Of a stretch of 64,000 bases of DNA, positions 26,921 to 40,399 are shown in pieces; position 1 is the stretch's first letter; every line of letters begins with the position of its first letter. This stretch comes from Octopus vulgaris (Eukaryota), in assembly GCA_951406725.2 (NCBI GenBank), contig OX597817.1:75764001-75828000 (forward strand), given 5' to 3'. Both the position numbers and the translations under genes were made by a program. The notes under the pieces are model-generated. The model saw nothing but the letters and a program-made list of their open reading frames with translations. It ran no database searches and was not told where the DNA came from.

Positions 26921-28378
26921 CAGGGGTTGGACAATAATAATGGAAACACCTAGCATCATAGCATCATAATTTTGAAACATCTATAAAACCATCAAAAGCT
27001 TGTTTATTTGATTCATTATTAGTGTTGCTTAATATGCTTTGCTAAAATTGCTGTTTCTTTTCAGATAATTAAAATTCATTAAAATGACAGATCTATCAGA
27101 CTTCCAAAGAGGTCAAATTGTTGGTGCTCGTACGGTAGGCACTAGCGCAGGGGTGGGCAAACGTTTTTGATCGCGGGCCGCACAGTGCGTCTTTGGAATC
27201 TTGGCGGGCCTCATTTATAAAAATCAAGTGAAAATATTGTGAATTACCGTACAGTTACGAAGTATCTGCATAGAAGTTGGGATTCATAAAAGCTCTCGGC
27301 GGGCCGCATGAAAACCTATGGCGGGCCGCATGCGGCCCGCGGGCCGTAGTTTGCCCACCCCTGCACTAGCGTAACGAAAACAGCCGAAATGTTTGGTGTA
27401 TCAAGAAGTACTCGAAAGTAATGACAACCTTTGAGAAAGTGGGAAAAACCTCCTCGTTGAAACAGAACTCCAGAAGAAAACCAAAATATTCAGATAGGAA
27501 TTGTCGGACTCTTACGCGAATTGTTAGAAAGGATCACAAAAGTACAGCTACCGAAATTACTGCAGAGCTTAATGACCACCTCGAAAACCCAGTTTCCACA
27601 AAAACTGGTAGCCGAGAACTGCACAAAACCGGATTTCATGGGTGGGCTGCAATTAGAAAACCGCTACTTTCAAAAACAAATGTTGCAAAATATTTAGAGT
27701 TGAGTAAAAACCTTCAGAACCGGGACAGTGGAAGAATGTTATTTTCTTGGACGAGACATCCTTTACCTTATTTCCGACCACCGGCCGAGTATACATGTTG
27801 AGACAGCCAAAAGAAGCATTTGACCCAGACTGCTTTCTTCCAGCTGTTAAACATGGAGGAGGATTCTGTGATGATCTGAGCGGGTGGGTATATCTTGGAA
27901 ATCCGCCGGCCCAATGATTTCTCTTAATGGTAGAATTAATAGTCAAGAGTATTTAAGTATTGTATTTGATGAAATTCATCCTATTGTTGTGGAACTGTTT
28001 CCGGAGGGAAACGCAATATTTCAAGATGATAATGCACCAATTCACACAGCTAAAGTTGTTACTGAATGGCACGAGGGACATTCTAGTGAAGTTGAATATC
28101 TTAACTGGCTACCACGGTCCCCAGATCTCAATGTTATTGAATATTTATAGTGCATTTTAGAAAAACAAGGAGTCGATATCCTCTACCATCATCACTACAA
28201 GAACTGGAGACTATTTTAGTTGAAGAATGGACAAAAATTCCTTTGGAAACAATTCAAACTTTGCACTGGTCCATACCTCGTAGAATTGAAGCTGTAATTA
28301 CTGCCAAAGGCGGTACTACCCCATTTTAAAATAAATTTGTTTGAAACTTTAAGGTGTTTCCATTATTTTGTCCAACCC

Positions 28379-28381
<3 letters not shown>
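26921..28381 (+). mobile_element. Full-length Tc1 (DD34E-type) transposon with both TIRs; transposase 27084-28329 disrupted
   Basis: TIR caggggttggacaa(t)aataatggaaacacct / aggtgtttccattattttgtccaacccctg, left TA. MTDLSDFQRGQIVGAR, VKHGGG, FQDDNAPIH, WLPRSPDLNVIE, GGTTPF*. Confidence 0.95.
27148..27363. mobile_element. hAT (Charlie-type) MITE, 216 bp, nested in the Tc1 transposase
   Basis: TIR caggggtgggcaaac / gtttgcccacccctg, perfect 8-bp TSD cactagcg (27140-27147 and 27364-27371), internal gcgggccgca repeats. Confidence 0.95.
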
Positions 28382-28445
<64 letters not shown>

Positions 28446-28599
28446 AGTAACCATCTTAGTTATGCTAATAATAATTATCTTGTCCTAGAGGCTCTCTATC
28501 TCTTCTCCTTTACATATATGTGTTTGTGAGCGTGCGTGTGCGTATGTTTGTATGCGTGTATGCGTGCGTGCGTCTGTGTGTTTATGCGTGGTATTCTTT

Positions 28600-29100
28600 T
28601 TTTTCTTTTACTTTTATTAGTCATTTGACTTCGGCCATGTTGGAGCAATAACTTGAAGGGGATTTTAGTCGAAGAAATTGACCCCAGTACTTATTTCTTA
28701 AGAGTAGTACTTACTCTACTGGTTCTCCTGCCGAACTGCTAAGTTACAGGGACGTAAACACACCAACACCGGATGTCAAACGGTGATGGGGGGATAAACA
28801 CTGACACACACACAGGTACATACATATTCATATCCGGCAGGGGATGGTGGTGATCCCTGCTGTACTCCTTCACCACAACTTTCTCTCACTCTTACTTCCT
28901 GTTTCTGTTGTACCTGTATTTCAAGGGGCCGGCCTTGTCACTCTCTGTGTCACACTGAATATCCCCGAGAACTACGTTAAGGGTGCACGTGTCTGTGGAG
29001 TGCTCAGCCACTTACACGGTAATTTCACGAGCAGGCTGTTCCGTTGATTCGGATCAACCGGAACCCTCATCGTCGTAACCGACAGAGTGCTTCCATATCC
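28600..29100. mobile_element. SINE B tail half (-, ~28600-28810) and SINE C 3' part (+, ~28835-29100)
   Basis: Similarity to other copies in the window. Confidence 0.75.
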
Positions 29101-29681
29101 CCCCACATATTCATAATATACATACATACATACATACATACATACATACTTGCATACATATAAAATTAATTGTTTTAAGAAACAGAGAATACACATAGAA
29201 TATTCACTTTTTAATCATTGTGTAGTTATATTAAGTTCTTTTTTGCCTACGTGACGTTCCAGCTAGTTGTTAGCGTCCATACTTGCTTATGATACATTAA
29301 ATAAACAATGGCTTCTTGTGACATTTCAAATGCTATTTTTAGTTTCTCTAGAATGTAGAAAATTATTCCACCTGAATGGTAAAACTTTTGTTCCTATATT
29401 GTGAATATTCTATGTGTATTCACAATTTTCTTTAAACTAGTAATTATTTCTCGTATATCGAAAAGAATGAAGTTTCCATAGATAGAACAGGATTTTCGAA
29501 AGTGGAAGGTACTAATAATGGTCAAACTAACCAACCACAAACGTTTGTACATAAGAACACGTGCGATAACCAGAATTATCAATCTGTAATAGCGCAAAAC
29601 TGGTGCCCTCTCGAAAAACATATCCCCGTAAAGAAAGGAATTTTTCTGAAAAAATGTTTTGCACACAGGCCTATACATACA

Positions 29682-29716
<35 letters not shown>

Positions 29717-29729
29717 GTATATATGTATG

Positions 29730-29780
<51 letters not shown>

Positions 29781-29879
29781 AGGCCTGTGTGCAGAAAATA
29801 ATAAATAAAATACACAGATAAATAAACAAATAAAAATAAATAACTAAGTTTTTTTTTGTTTAATTTATAAAAAATTTTT

Positions 29880-29940
<61 letters not shown>

Positions 29941-30227
29941 GCTAGTATTGTTGTTATACATACATACAAGCATACGTAATAATAATAATAATAATAAGTG
30001 GATGTAAACATGAACAAAATAAGAATAAACAAAAACAACAACAACAAAAACAAATTACACGAACGTATATAAACAGAAGATACAAATATTACAGGCATCC
30101 CCCCACACACTAACTAAACATCGACGCACATAGAGATATAAGCATGCGCAAATGAAGACATACAATAGAAATACAAAATGTCTGACGGTTAGTAAGGAGA
30201 TATACAAATAAGAAAGAAGAAAACAAA

Positions 30228-30272
30228 GGACCACTGATGCGGTCACAGGAGTGTAACGAAAGAACTCTGGCC
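30228..30272 (+). ncRNA. Hammerhead-like variant within a separate short repeat (~30060-30394)
   Basis: cca-CTGATGC-g-GTCAC aggagt GTAAC-GAAA-gaac-TC-tgg. A9 is substituted and helices II and III have mismatches. Confidence 0.4.
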
Positions 30273-30399
30273 GAAATAAGATTAAGATTAATGTAAAAAA
30301 TAAATAACACTGAAGCAAAATAACACCAAATATATAGTGCGTGTGTTTTTATTGGCTAAACTGGAAAAATGACCATTCCGAAATATAACAATATCTGTT

Positions 30400-30722
30400 A
30401 CAGATGAATATGGTACTTAAGTTAAAGGCACCATATTGGTATGGTATTACCCATATAAATCAGATGGGTGATTATAATCAAAATAAGCAACAAGGATATC
30501 CAAAGGTAGTGTAGTACAATCATTTTACCCTCTTTGTAATGTTGGCAAATGGAATAAGTATAAAAATGAACATTGTCAATTTAATTTTAAAAATTCCATA
30601 TGTGGCTGAAGAGTGCTCTACATTTTAAAACTGGTGTAATACTTACATTGTTTAATTAAATGAAGTAGCATGAAACGATTGTACTACACTACCTTTGGAT
30701 ATCCTTGTTGCTAATTTTGACT
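30400..30722. mobile_element. Penelope-like pLTR remnant with an inverted partial copy, ending at (TA)n
   Basis: 30478-30525 is the inverted copy of 30673-30720. Homologous to 15266-15475. Confidence 0.7.
30601..30688 (+). ncRNA. Type I hammerhead ribozyme with intact core, predicted cleavage after GUA at 30683
   Basis: tgtgg-CTGAAGA-gtgct...agcat-GAAA-cgattg-TA-ctaca: helix I tgtgg/ctaca and a 59-nt helix II domain. Confidence 0.78.
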
Positions 30723-31106
30723 ATATATATATATGTAAATATACAGGACTCGTGACATGTTCAACAAAGCGTGACGCCTAAACCAATCAGCTCAACCAAC
30801 CAATCAGCTTAAGTAATTGAGTAATACTACACACTGGTTGGTCAGAATACAGTTTGCAAAACCTAGCAATCTAGAGCCTACACAGATTCAATCATCTCGC
30901 TACAGTCAAAAATTGTGAAGCATGACTGTCACCACTACTACATGAACCCGAAGATTGCAGAATTTAATGCATGAAAGTACTAGTTCAATCAGAATAAACA
31001 TTTAACATTCTATTATTTTATTTTATTATATTATATTATATTATATTATATCATTATAAGATTGTAAATAAAACGTGAAAATCAGACAAGGTTGGAATTC
31101 CTTTTA

Positions 31107-31159
<53 letters not shown>

Positions 31160-31769
31160 GCACGACGGACTTCTTTCAGTTTTCGTCTACCAAATCCACT
31201 CTCAAGGATTGGTTGGCGTGAGACTATAGTAGAAGACACTTGCATAACGTGCCACGCAGTGGGGCTGAACTCGAAATATTTTGGTTGGGAAGCAAGCGGC
31301 TTACCTCGCATCCGAGGGCAATTGCTTAAAATTTTTACTGCATGACTTGCTTTGTGGCATCTCGGTCAATTAATGAAATTTTTTATAACCTCCGCTCCAT
31401 CTTGTGGATAGAAACTGTTTAGATGCCTACTGCATGGATTGTGCCTGTGATGAAAAGATTCATTCTGGCAACACAATATGGTCTGCTGACTCTGGTTGAG
31501 AACTACGCTGAGGCGCCACATGTTTGTGGAATCCTCAGCCACTTTTAAATGAATTCATGAGCAGGTAACTCAGTTGATCGAACAGCTCAATCCTCATTGT
31601 CGAACGACGATCACCATTTCATCTTTCTCTTTCTCTCGATATATATATATATATGTATATATATATGTGTGTGTGTGTGTGTATGTCAACATACATAATA
31701 CATACATACATACATACATACATACATACATGCATACATACATACATACAATATATATGTGTATATAGT

Positions 31770-31950
31770 ACAAATTTACAGAAAACAAAAGACGAAGACA
31801 GGTGTAGGAACAGAAAACAGGCGCATTAGTTTAACGCTCTGGAAGAATGGAACAGTCTTTTACGTTTCGAGCCTACGCTCTTCGACAGAAAGGATCAAGT
31901 GGATGGGGGAACGGAGAGAGAAAAAATGTGCAGTGTTCAACGGTCAATCA
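31770..31950 (-). mobile_element. Family H1 repeat with a minimal hammerhead at 31857-31892
   Basis: rc: cttt-CTGTCGA-a-GAGC gtag GCTC-GAAA-cg-TA-aaag. Confidence 0.7.
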
Positions 31951-31984
31951 TAACGAGCTGATCGGAATAGACTAAAACTGACAC

Positions 31985-32190
31985 GAGTGTTCCCGTTGAT
32001 CCGATCAACGGAACAGCCTGCTCGTGAAATTAACGTGCAAGTGGCTGAACACTCCACAGACACGCATACGCTTAACGTAGTTCTCAGTGAGATTCAGCTT
32101 GACACAGGAAGTAACAAGGCTAGCCCTTTTGAATTACAGGTATTATTAATTTTTACCAGCTCAGTGGTCTTGAGCAATGTAAGAAAGAGC
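31985..32190 (-). mobile_element. SINE family C fragment
   Basis: The reverse complement matches ~7890-8060. Confidence 0.75.
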
Positions 32191-32914
32191 CCTTTAAGCA
32201 GATTCATTTATTAAATCTTTTGCGCAACAAGCATAAACATTTTTAATGGACATCATATAGTGTTATAGCAGTAGTTATGGTTTTTGATATCAGCAACCAG
32301 AGAATCGCGAGTACATCTGCCTATTGTATACCTTTCGTACCATTACGAACGAAAAACGATTTATGGAAGCGGTGCCCGTTATACTGCGATGGCTGCAACA
32401 ACAGATTTAGTGCTTGTTTGTGGTTGTAAGAGTGTTGAGTCGTGCTTGAGAAACAAAAAAAGAAAAAGACACAAAAATTACAAGCACATTGAATTTTATA
32501 CTGACAGAATCTCATGTGATACGATTGACACCTACTTAGTGTTCGAAGCTGTTAAACCGGGGTAAAGAAAATAATAAGATGACTTGAGACTGTAAACATA
32601 TGATGTTTACATGATGTTTAAATGAAAACATCCTTCTATAATGTGCATTCACACATACATACGAATACACATACGTATACATATGCATATATACGTACTG
32701 TTAAAACTCTACTGTTTATACAAACTTTGACAGGTTTCTTTTTTTTTTATTCTGCAAAGGGTCCAAAACTCACCATTGCTTGTTAGTATTGTCAGTTTAA
32801 TCAGTGAACATTCAACCAAGCTCAAGTTGAATTGGTCTGTATGGTTACTAATAGTTACTAACTATATAGTTACATACAAATCTCACGTTATCCGATCTCA
32901 CCTAACCTACATGG

Positions 32915-33101
<187 letters not shown>

Positions 33102-34047
33102 ACACACATACATATGCATATATTTCTCATTATATATATGTATATATAAGGTTTTAACGAGCTGACCGTTATGATAATAAACATATTCTTTTCAATATAT
33201 ACACATATAAACACTAAAAAGAAAAATTTGTATAACTGTCAACTACATATGTTTTCGTTCACGATGTTTACGAAAATAGAAGATATTGAAAACAACAAAA
33301 AAACAAACAAAAACAAAACAAAACAAGAAAAAATATCAAGAAAACAAACAAGTAAAATAAACATGAAAAAAAGGAAAAACAAAACAATACAAAACCAGAT
33401 GAAAAGGAAAAGACCAGATACATTCGTTACCGCAGTGAGTGGTAAACTGCAGGGAAAAATACAGAAATTAATGTTTTCAGACTAAATTAGTATTAAAAAA
33501 AGACAAAAAGAAAGAAACTTCAAAGAAAACTAAAAAGAAACCTACGTTTCCGTCTTTATAACTATCGAATCCATATTCCTCGGCTTCTTAGTTAATATAA
33601 CACCTGAGGAGATCGTATGCTTCACTCTTGTCTCTTAAGTTTCCAATTGCGTTACTAGATAAAATACTGTGATAATATTTAAGAAAATAACATGTCTAGA
33701 ATTATTTATAATTTTACCTTAATAGTTTTATATCCAGATAAGTTTTTATGAAAACCTGACGAAATTATTAAAGCAGCAGAAAATTACTTGTGCATGAATG
33801 AATATGCCTACAGTATTGTACCAAATACTTTGTGGTTCTTTCAGCTCTAATTTGGCAAGTTGGTATAATATGTAATGTGTGCTTTGCTAACAAGAGTTGA
33901 ACAAGATCTAATCAGGTGTGAATCTCTAACATGTAACTGGCGAAATAATTAAAAAAAATTTAGTATTTAAAGAAATGTAGCTATTTTTCACTCTACATAC
34001 TCAATGGTCATTGTTATTCATATGTCCCAAGTAAATGCATATATATT

Positions 34048-34087
<40 letters not shown>

Positions 34088-35071
34088 GAGAGAGAGGAAG
34101 AGAAAGAAAGAGAGAAAGAGTGACGTGCGCTTGTGTGTAATTATGTATGTATGTATGTATTAATGTATGTATGCATGTACACACACACATATATATTTAT
34201 ATATGCCATGGACTCTTCTGTCGTTAGACAGAATAATGAATAGGGGAGAGAGAAGGGGAGAGGAAATAAAGAAGGAAACAAAGAAGGAAACAAGAAAAGT
34301 GGTAGAAATGTAAGATATAGTGGGTTCAAATAGGCCAGCAATTTCGGGGAGGGTGTAAGTTGATTGCATTGACCCCGAAAAGATGAAAGGTGAAGTCAAC
34401 CTCGGCGCGGAATTTGAACACAGAACATAAAGATGGACAAATGCTAGTAAAAAATTTATGCGGCATGATAACGATTCTGAAAGCTTGCTGCCTTAGAAAA
34501 GAAAAACAGTAGGATAAGTAAAAGGAATTTAGGCACAAATAATACCGGTGTTGAGTGCAATGGTATGATAGAAAAAGAAAGAAAAATGAAAAAGAAATAA
34601 AAACAGAAATTAAGTGAGGGTAGTAGCAGTGGGTATTTAGTGATGATTATAAAAGAAGCCATGAAGGTAAGTGGATTTGGTAGTTAAATAACTTCTCTTA
34701 GTATTTCGTTGTAGTATTGTTCAACATCTTAGACAAAATAAATCGGATAGTACGAATTAAGTCAATTATGGGCTAATCAGAAGCGTTATAGCAGAGAATA
34801 CTTCCTCAAGAAAGTGTTTGGAGCATAATTTGAAAGTAGTAGCGCAGATTACAAGAGAATTATAGAGAAAATGGATTTAATTGCAGAAGAAAACACAGCT
34901 GACATTGTCACATTAACAAATGATAACAAAATTAAAAAAGAGGCATCGGAGGGGTGATTGATACACTGCGCGCACATAAGGATAAAATAAAATTTAATTT
35001 AATAATCTCAAACGAATTCATATTTCAAGATTACATCAAGAGTTATTTCCCCTTCTTATCGTTTATGCATA

Positions 35072-35592
35072 CCGTAAATCCTCGAGTACAGTCCACCCTT
35101 GAGTATAATACGCAGGGGATTTTTAGGGGGTTGTACCTCTAAAAAACCTAAACCTTGTGCATAATATGCACCTCTTCTCTAACTTAAGTTGTGCATAATT
35201 AAGCTAGCAGCACCTAGTCGAACAAACACTTCCGCGCATGCGTAATACAATAATGGTGATGTTCTTAACTGTTATATGGGAATGTAAATATGTTTGCAAA
35301 TTCTTTTTCTAATATGTTATTCTGTGTTCTGAATACTTTTATCTTAATAAATGTTTCTTACTGCAAGTTATGGATGATTGTTTTATGGCTTCATTGCTTT
35401 GAGGCTTAGCTTAAGGTATTTTCGCGCCCTACATCACAAAATGCGTCTGAATAAACATTGCCGGACAGCAAATAAAGACTCAGACATTGCTTAGAAAATA
35501 TTTTTCATTTTTAACCTCATATATAGTACGCACTAGGGATTTTGACCTTTAAATTTTGGGAAAAAATGCGGATTATACTCGAGGATTTACGG
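35072..35592. mobile_element. Non-autonomous pogo/Tigger-like (Tc1/mariner superfamily) element
   Basis: ta|ccgtaaatcctcgagtacagtcc ... ggattatactcgaggatttacgg|ta: TIRs with TA duplication. Confidence 0.88.
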
Positions 35593-36014
35593 TATGTAAG
35601 AAAGAAAAAAAAAGCACATTTTGATTCACCAAACCAAAATTTAATGAGTTCAAATCACTCACCCAATGAGAATTTCTGACAAATTTTGTGAAAATCCGTT
35701 CTGCCGTTTTCTAGTAATTTTGCAAACGCACGAACAAGCGAAGATGAGCGACTACAACACCCTGCTTTCGCTTACACGTGCAGGGTAAGAAGAGAATTGA
35801 CAAACTTTAGAATAGTGATTTTTCTGGCATCACTAACGAGAGGGAGTAGCTGGAGATAGGTCGGCTTCTGGGAAAGGTAAAGAGTATGAGTGAGATATAT
35901 TACCTGTATTTCAGTCCATGAATAGGTAGTTAGGAATATGATATACCTGTATATGATATACTGTTGAAAAGCAGAAATGAAATAGCATTAAGCATTTTGT
36001 AAAGCACGTTATGG

Positions 36015-37545
36015 AGGAATTCCAACCACGTTTCGTGGTTCGCTACCTCAACAGCTCCTTTATAGGATCCAGTGGTTAAAGATATTTTCAGAAGGAACCA
36101 CGTCCAATTTCGGCCCTTGCTCCTCTACCGTTTTACAGTTGAGAGCGTTTCTTTTCTCCTTTTTTTCTTCTGTTCTTTGGTTTCTTTGATGCAGGGTCAA
36201 CGAATGTCAGTGGGTGACTGACCATCCTGCCAAATTTCCCTTCAAATACTTGCTGGTAGGCTCCAGCAGCCAGCACCAGCTAACTCACACGTGACATTGT
36301 CTAAGCTTCAACTGAACAATGGAGGGGAAGGGCGCGTAGTTTTAGCCTGCGCCCTCTCTAAACCTGCCTTTCAACAGTGTTGTATTAGTTTCATTTCCAG
36401 CAGCCACAGTCGACCAGCTGTTTGGTAGTATAAGCCTTCGAACCAGGAAAGCGGGCATTATGAACGAGACCGCTTCACCAAGCGACGCAATTTCCCAGTC
36501 GGCATGTTATGGCTTTCAAGTCATTTTGGGTGTTCTTGCTTCAGCCATATATAGAAGCTGGCTTTTTCGGCTTCCATCTTTCATCTGTCTCGTATATTTT
36601 ATTTGAAAGCCTGGCCTTATGTTCTTTTCCCTCCTTCTGGAAGTATATTTTTCTGCGCTTTTCTACTTTTGGATATTCTCCCCTATTATATCCTTCGATC
36701 TTCTCCTTGAGTGTTGTGCTTATAACACCGCGGACTTGATTGTGACGCCATGTATATCTGTTTAATGCTAGCCTGCAGTTTGACAGAACATGTCTTGCCG
36801 TCGCTTTCTCTTCGCATCTACATTCTCAGTTGTTTGTATGTTCCACCAGGCTAAATTCGCCAGTGAAGGTAAAACGTCGAAGATAGACTTGATCAGGAAG
36901 TATGTTCTTGCTTGTTCCCAAGCCCCAAAGTCCCTTCCCTTCCCTGAGATTCTGCGACTGACTACATATTCCTCCCATCTCAGACACTGTCCCTGTTGAC
37001 TCCATTGCACCAAATGTACATTTCGCCTTTCTTTTTCCTCTTTACTCACTTCGTGTACCACTGCCTCTTTCATCTCTTTTACACATCTCATGCAAAAATG
37101 CAAAATGGCTTGATACTGTGCAACCCTAGGCCAGCTCTTGCTTCTTGCGTCGCTCCGACTATATCGGTGTGCTTTAGCTTTCCGATCGCTCTGTTTACAG
37201 CCTCTTTCCATTTCCCCCTGTTCATACCTTTGGAGGGCTTTTTCGAATGTTCTGATCTTTCGTATACCTTAGCATCATTACTATCCTTGCTTTTTCTGCT
37301 TTATATTATAGGTACTTGCAGCACGGGTTTTCCATATAGTGTAGTTGTATTCAGTGGTTTTGGACGACCGAGCCATTTTCTGATAAACACACTGCATGAT
37401 AATTCCATCGTTTCTACTACACTCAAGGCTATTTCGTACATTTGGAATAGTCACATTATCCTTGGATACAGTCTAAATTGCAATATCCAAGATTTGAATT
37501 TCCCCAGTAATGTTGTTCTGTCAAAAGTGGGAATAAAATAGTACA
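36015..37545 (-). mobile_element. Decayed HERO/R2-like non-LTR retrotransposon 3' portion
   Basis: SQQGQCLRWE, FLIKSIFDVLPSLANL, HVLSNC..ALNRYTWRHNQV. Flanked by a 25-bp direct repeat (35990-36014 and 37546-37570). Confidence 0.75.
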
Positions 37546-38002
37546 AAGCATTTTGTGAAGCACGTTATGGTTATTAGCAGCGAGCAGAATAGATGAACGT
37601 TTCTTTAACAAGCAATACTGTGGTTTCAACTTCTTTCATTGGCTGAGCTTAGCAGTTGATCACACATACAGTGGTGCTGAAATATAATGATTCACGAATC
37701 TCTTCTTTCTCTCTTTGCCTTTTTACTTTTTATCACGGTAAGATAATAATTATTTCAAATTTCGGTTCAAATCCAATTGATAAAATAAAGTAGGATAAGT
37801 GAAATAAACTTAGGTATAAATAATGCTGGTGTTGAGTGCAATACTATGATTGAAAAAGAAAGAAACAATTAAAGAACATAAATTAAAAGAGGTTAGTAGT
37901 GGTGGGTATTTAGGGTACTTTTATGCTCCCACAAAAGGTCCTGGCCAGTGTGTGCTACAATGGACATTTCGTAGAATGAAGTAGTGCATATGATAGTGAG
38001 GA

Positions 38003-38296
38003 GAGGGGGACAGTCGATTAGATCGACCCCAGTACTCAACTGGTACTTAATTTATCGAAGCCGAAATGATGAAAAGTAAAGTCGACCTTGGCGGAATTTG
38101 AACTCAGAACCTAGCGACAGACGAAATACCTATTTCTTAACTACCCACAAGAGGCTAAACACAGAAGGGACAAACAAGGACAGACAAACGGATTAAGTCA
38201 ATTATATCGACTCCAATGCGTAACTGGTACTTATTTAATCGACCCCGAAAGGATGAAAGGCAAAGTCGACCTCGGCGGAATTCGAACTCAGAACGT
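38003..38296 (-). mobile_element. Dimeric SINE family A lacking its head
   Basis: Two tandem central domains, as in 42360-42750. Confidence 0.85.
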
Positions 38297-39060
38297 ACCT
38301 TGAGGTTTTCCCACAAGAAATAATCACACATGGAAAAATCGAGAACCGAGAGGTCCAAGAAATGTCAACAAACCTGGAAATAAGGCGGCCACTAAAGAGA
38401 GGGCGGAGAACATCCATTGATGCTCTGTCTGTGTGGGCTGTCGCCCCATCCTGCTGAAACCACACACGTCGAATAGAGATACGTTTTCGTCGTAATTCAA
38501 GCACAAACAAGTTGTTTATCATCTCGATGTAACGCTCGGAGTTCACAGTAACTGCATTTCCATTATTGTATTAAAAAAAGTAAGGAACAATGACGACAAC
38601 TTTTTCAACAGCACACCAGACAGTCACTTTTGGGCTGTGCAGTGGTCTTTCATGAGTTCTCTCGGATTTTCTAGTGCCCAATAACAACAGTTCTGTTGAT
38701 TCATCATGCCATTGAGATGAAAATGAGTTTCATCACTCATTAACAAAATAAGGTTGTCATTTGCTTCAAAAATTGCTTCCATCACAGTCCCATGGTTTCA
38801 ACTGTTCCCCAATAACCAATTTGTGCGGTGTGTGTGTACAATGGAAATGGGATGGTAATGTTCAACGTTGAAAATGTGTGGGCAATTTCAACCAATAAAT
38901 GACGTGTATTCAGTTGAATAAAATTACTGCTATTGTTTGTCAACAACAACTTCCGGCGGTGTATATTTCGTTTGTCACTGTTATTTATGACATATATCAT
39001 CTCAGTTACGTTTGTATGAATAAACGAGTGTATCTGAAGCATGTTTACTTCATGGCACCA
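38297..39060 (-). mobile_element. DD41D (rosa/Visitor-type) Tc1/mariner transposase relic
   Basis: LMSDETHFHLNG, HSPKVTVWCA, WFQQDGATAH, then 41 residues after repairing one frameshift, then MCDYFLW. Confidence 0.8.
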
Positions 39061-39645
39061 CTAAAAACTAGTGGAAACACAAACCATCTCCAGTGCTTTG
39101 GAACTTGACACTTCAAAGTGACAGAAAGATAGATGTAAATAGCCCAGACATTATATAGAAAGACGTCAGTCAAAAATCATGCCTCCTCATTGATATGACT
39201 GTCCCAATCGACATAAATGTATCAGTCAAGACCTACCAAAAACTGAGTAAGTATAAAGATATTGAAATAGAAATTGGCAAAATATGGAACCTCAAGACTA
39301 AAACAATACCTGTTGTCATAGGTGCATTAGGAATTATAGCAAAATGGGCTGATTGCTACCTAGCTCAGATACAGGAAATACAAAAATGGGAGAAATTAAA
39401 AAAATAGTGCTCATGAGAATGGCTATATCCTACGTAAAATATTATCTATATAATCTCAAATTTTAAAACAAACATAATTTTTTAATGATTTCTTAAACTT
39501 TCTCTAGAGTAATACTTTGTGCAAAACCAAATATATGGCACCCTAGTCATAACATCAACTTCATCTTCTAACTTGTTGTCTCTTGAGGTCCCTGGGTGAG
39601 ACTTGGAATGAACTTGAACAAATACAAAGTTAAAGTCAAACATAT
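39061..39645 (+). mobile_element. Dong/R4 3' end, same family as 22918-23745
   Basis: IDMTVPIDINVSVKTYQKLSKYKDIEIE...IPVVIGALG, shared 3' UTR, followed by (TAA)n. Confidence 0.9.
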
Positions 39646-39811
39646 ATTAATAATAATAACAACAACAACAATAATAATAATAATAATAATAATGATGATA
39701 ATAATGATGATGATGATAATAATAATAATAATGATAATTATAATAATAATAATCATAATAATAATAATAATAATAATAATGATAATAATAATGATGATGA
39801 TGATGATGATG

Positions 39812-39905
<94 letters not shown>
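39646..39905. repeat. (TAA/TGA)n microsatellite
   Basis: Direct reading. Confidence 0.95.
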
Positions 39906-40399
39906 GCTTCTGTTAACGAAAATAATCGCAGAAACAAAATTTTATTGCCATACAATGCACAGTGTCTTCTATGCACGATGTCTCAGTGAAATATCTGCGA
40001 AACGCACATGCGAAATCAACACGGGAAAGCTTACAAATTATAAAATATAAATGGAACAAAACAATAAGTACATAAATTGAATAATTACGCACACACTCGA
40101 ATGTCTACACAATCATATATATATTTTAATACTCATAGGACTACACATACATCCCAGTGCTTACACAACTACTTGAAATTTACAGGACACACATACACGC
40201 ATATGAAACCACATGTCATAAGCGAAGCAAAAACAAATACAAAACAAAACTATTTTTTTTATTTTTCGAACAATTCATAAGTTTAAAATCACATCAAAAA
40301 CCTATGCCCGGAGATAAATCAATCAAAAAGAAAAAGACAGACAAATACAGATCTGTTAATCTGAAGAAGTTACGTTACGAGCAATGTTTACATGCAGAA

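Noticed and set aside
33535-33620. Possible divergent hammerhead pair (GAAACGTA on minus, CTGAGGA on plus)
   Set aside because: The minus core is incomplete with no helix II, and the plus motif lacks a downstream GAAA.
36015-36062. Minus-strand CTGTTGAG...GAAACGTG in the HERO 3' region
   Set aside because: G at the cleavage position and no helix I. Better explained as a simple hairpin (aaccacg/cgtggtt).
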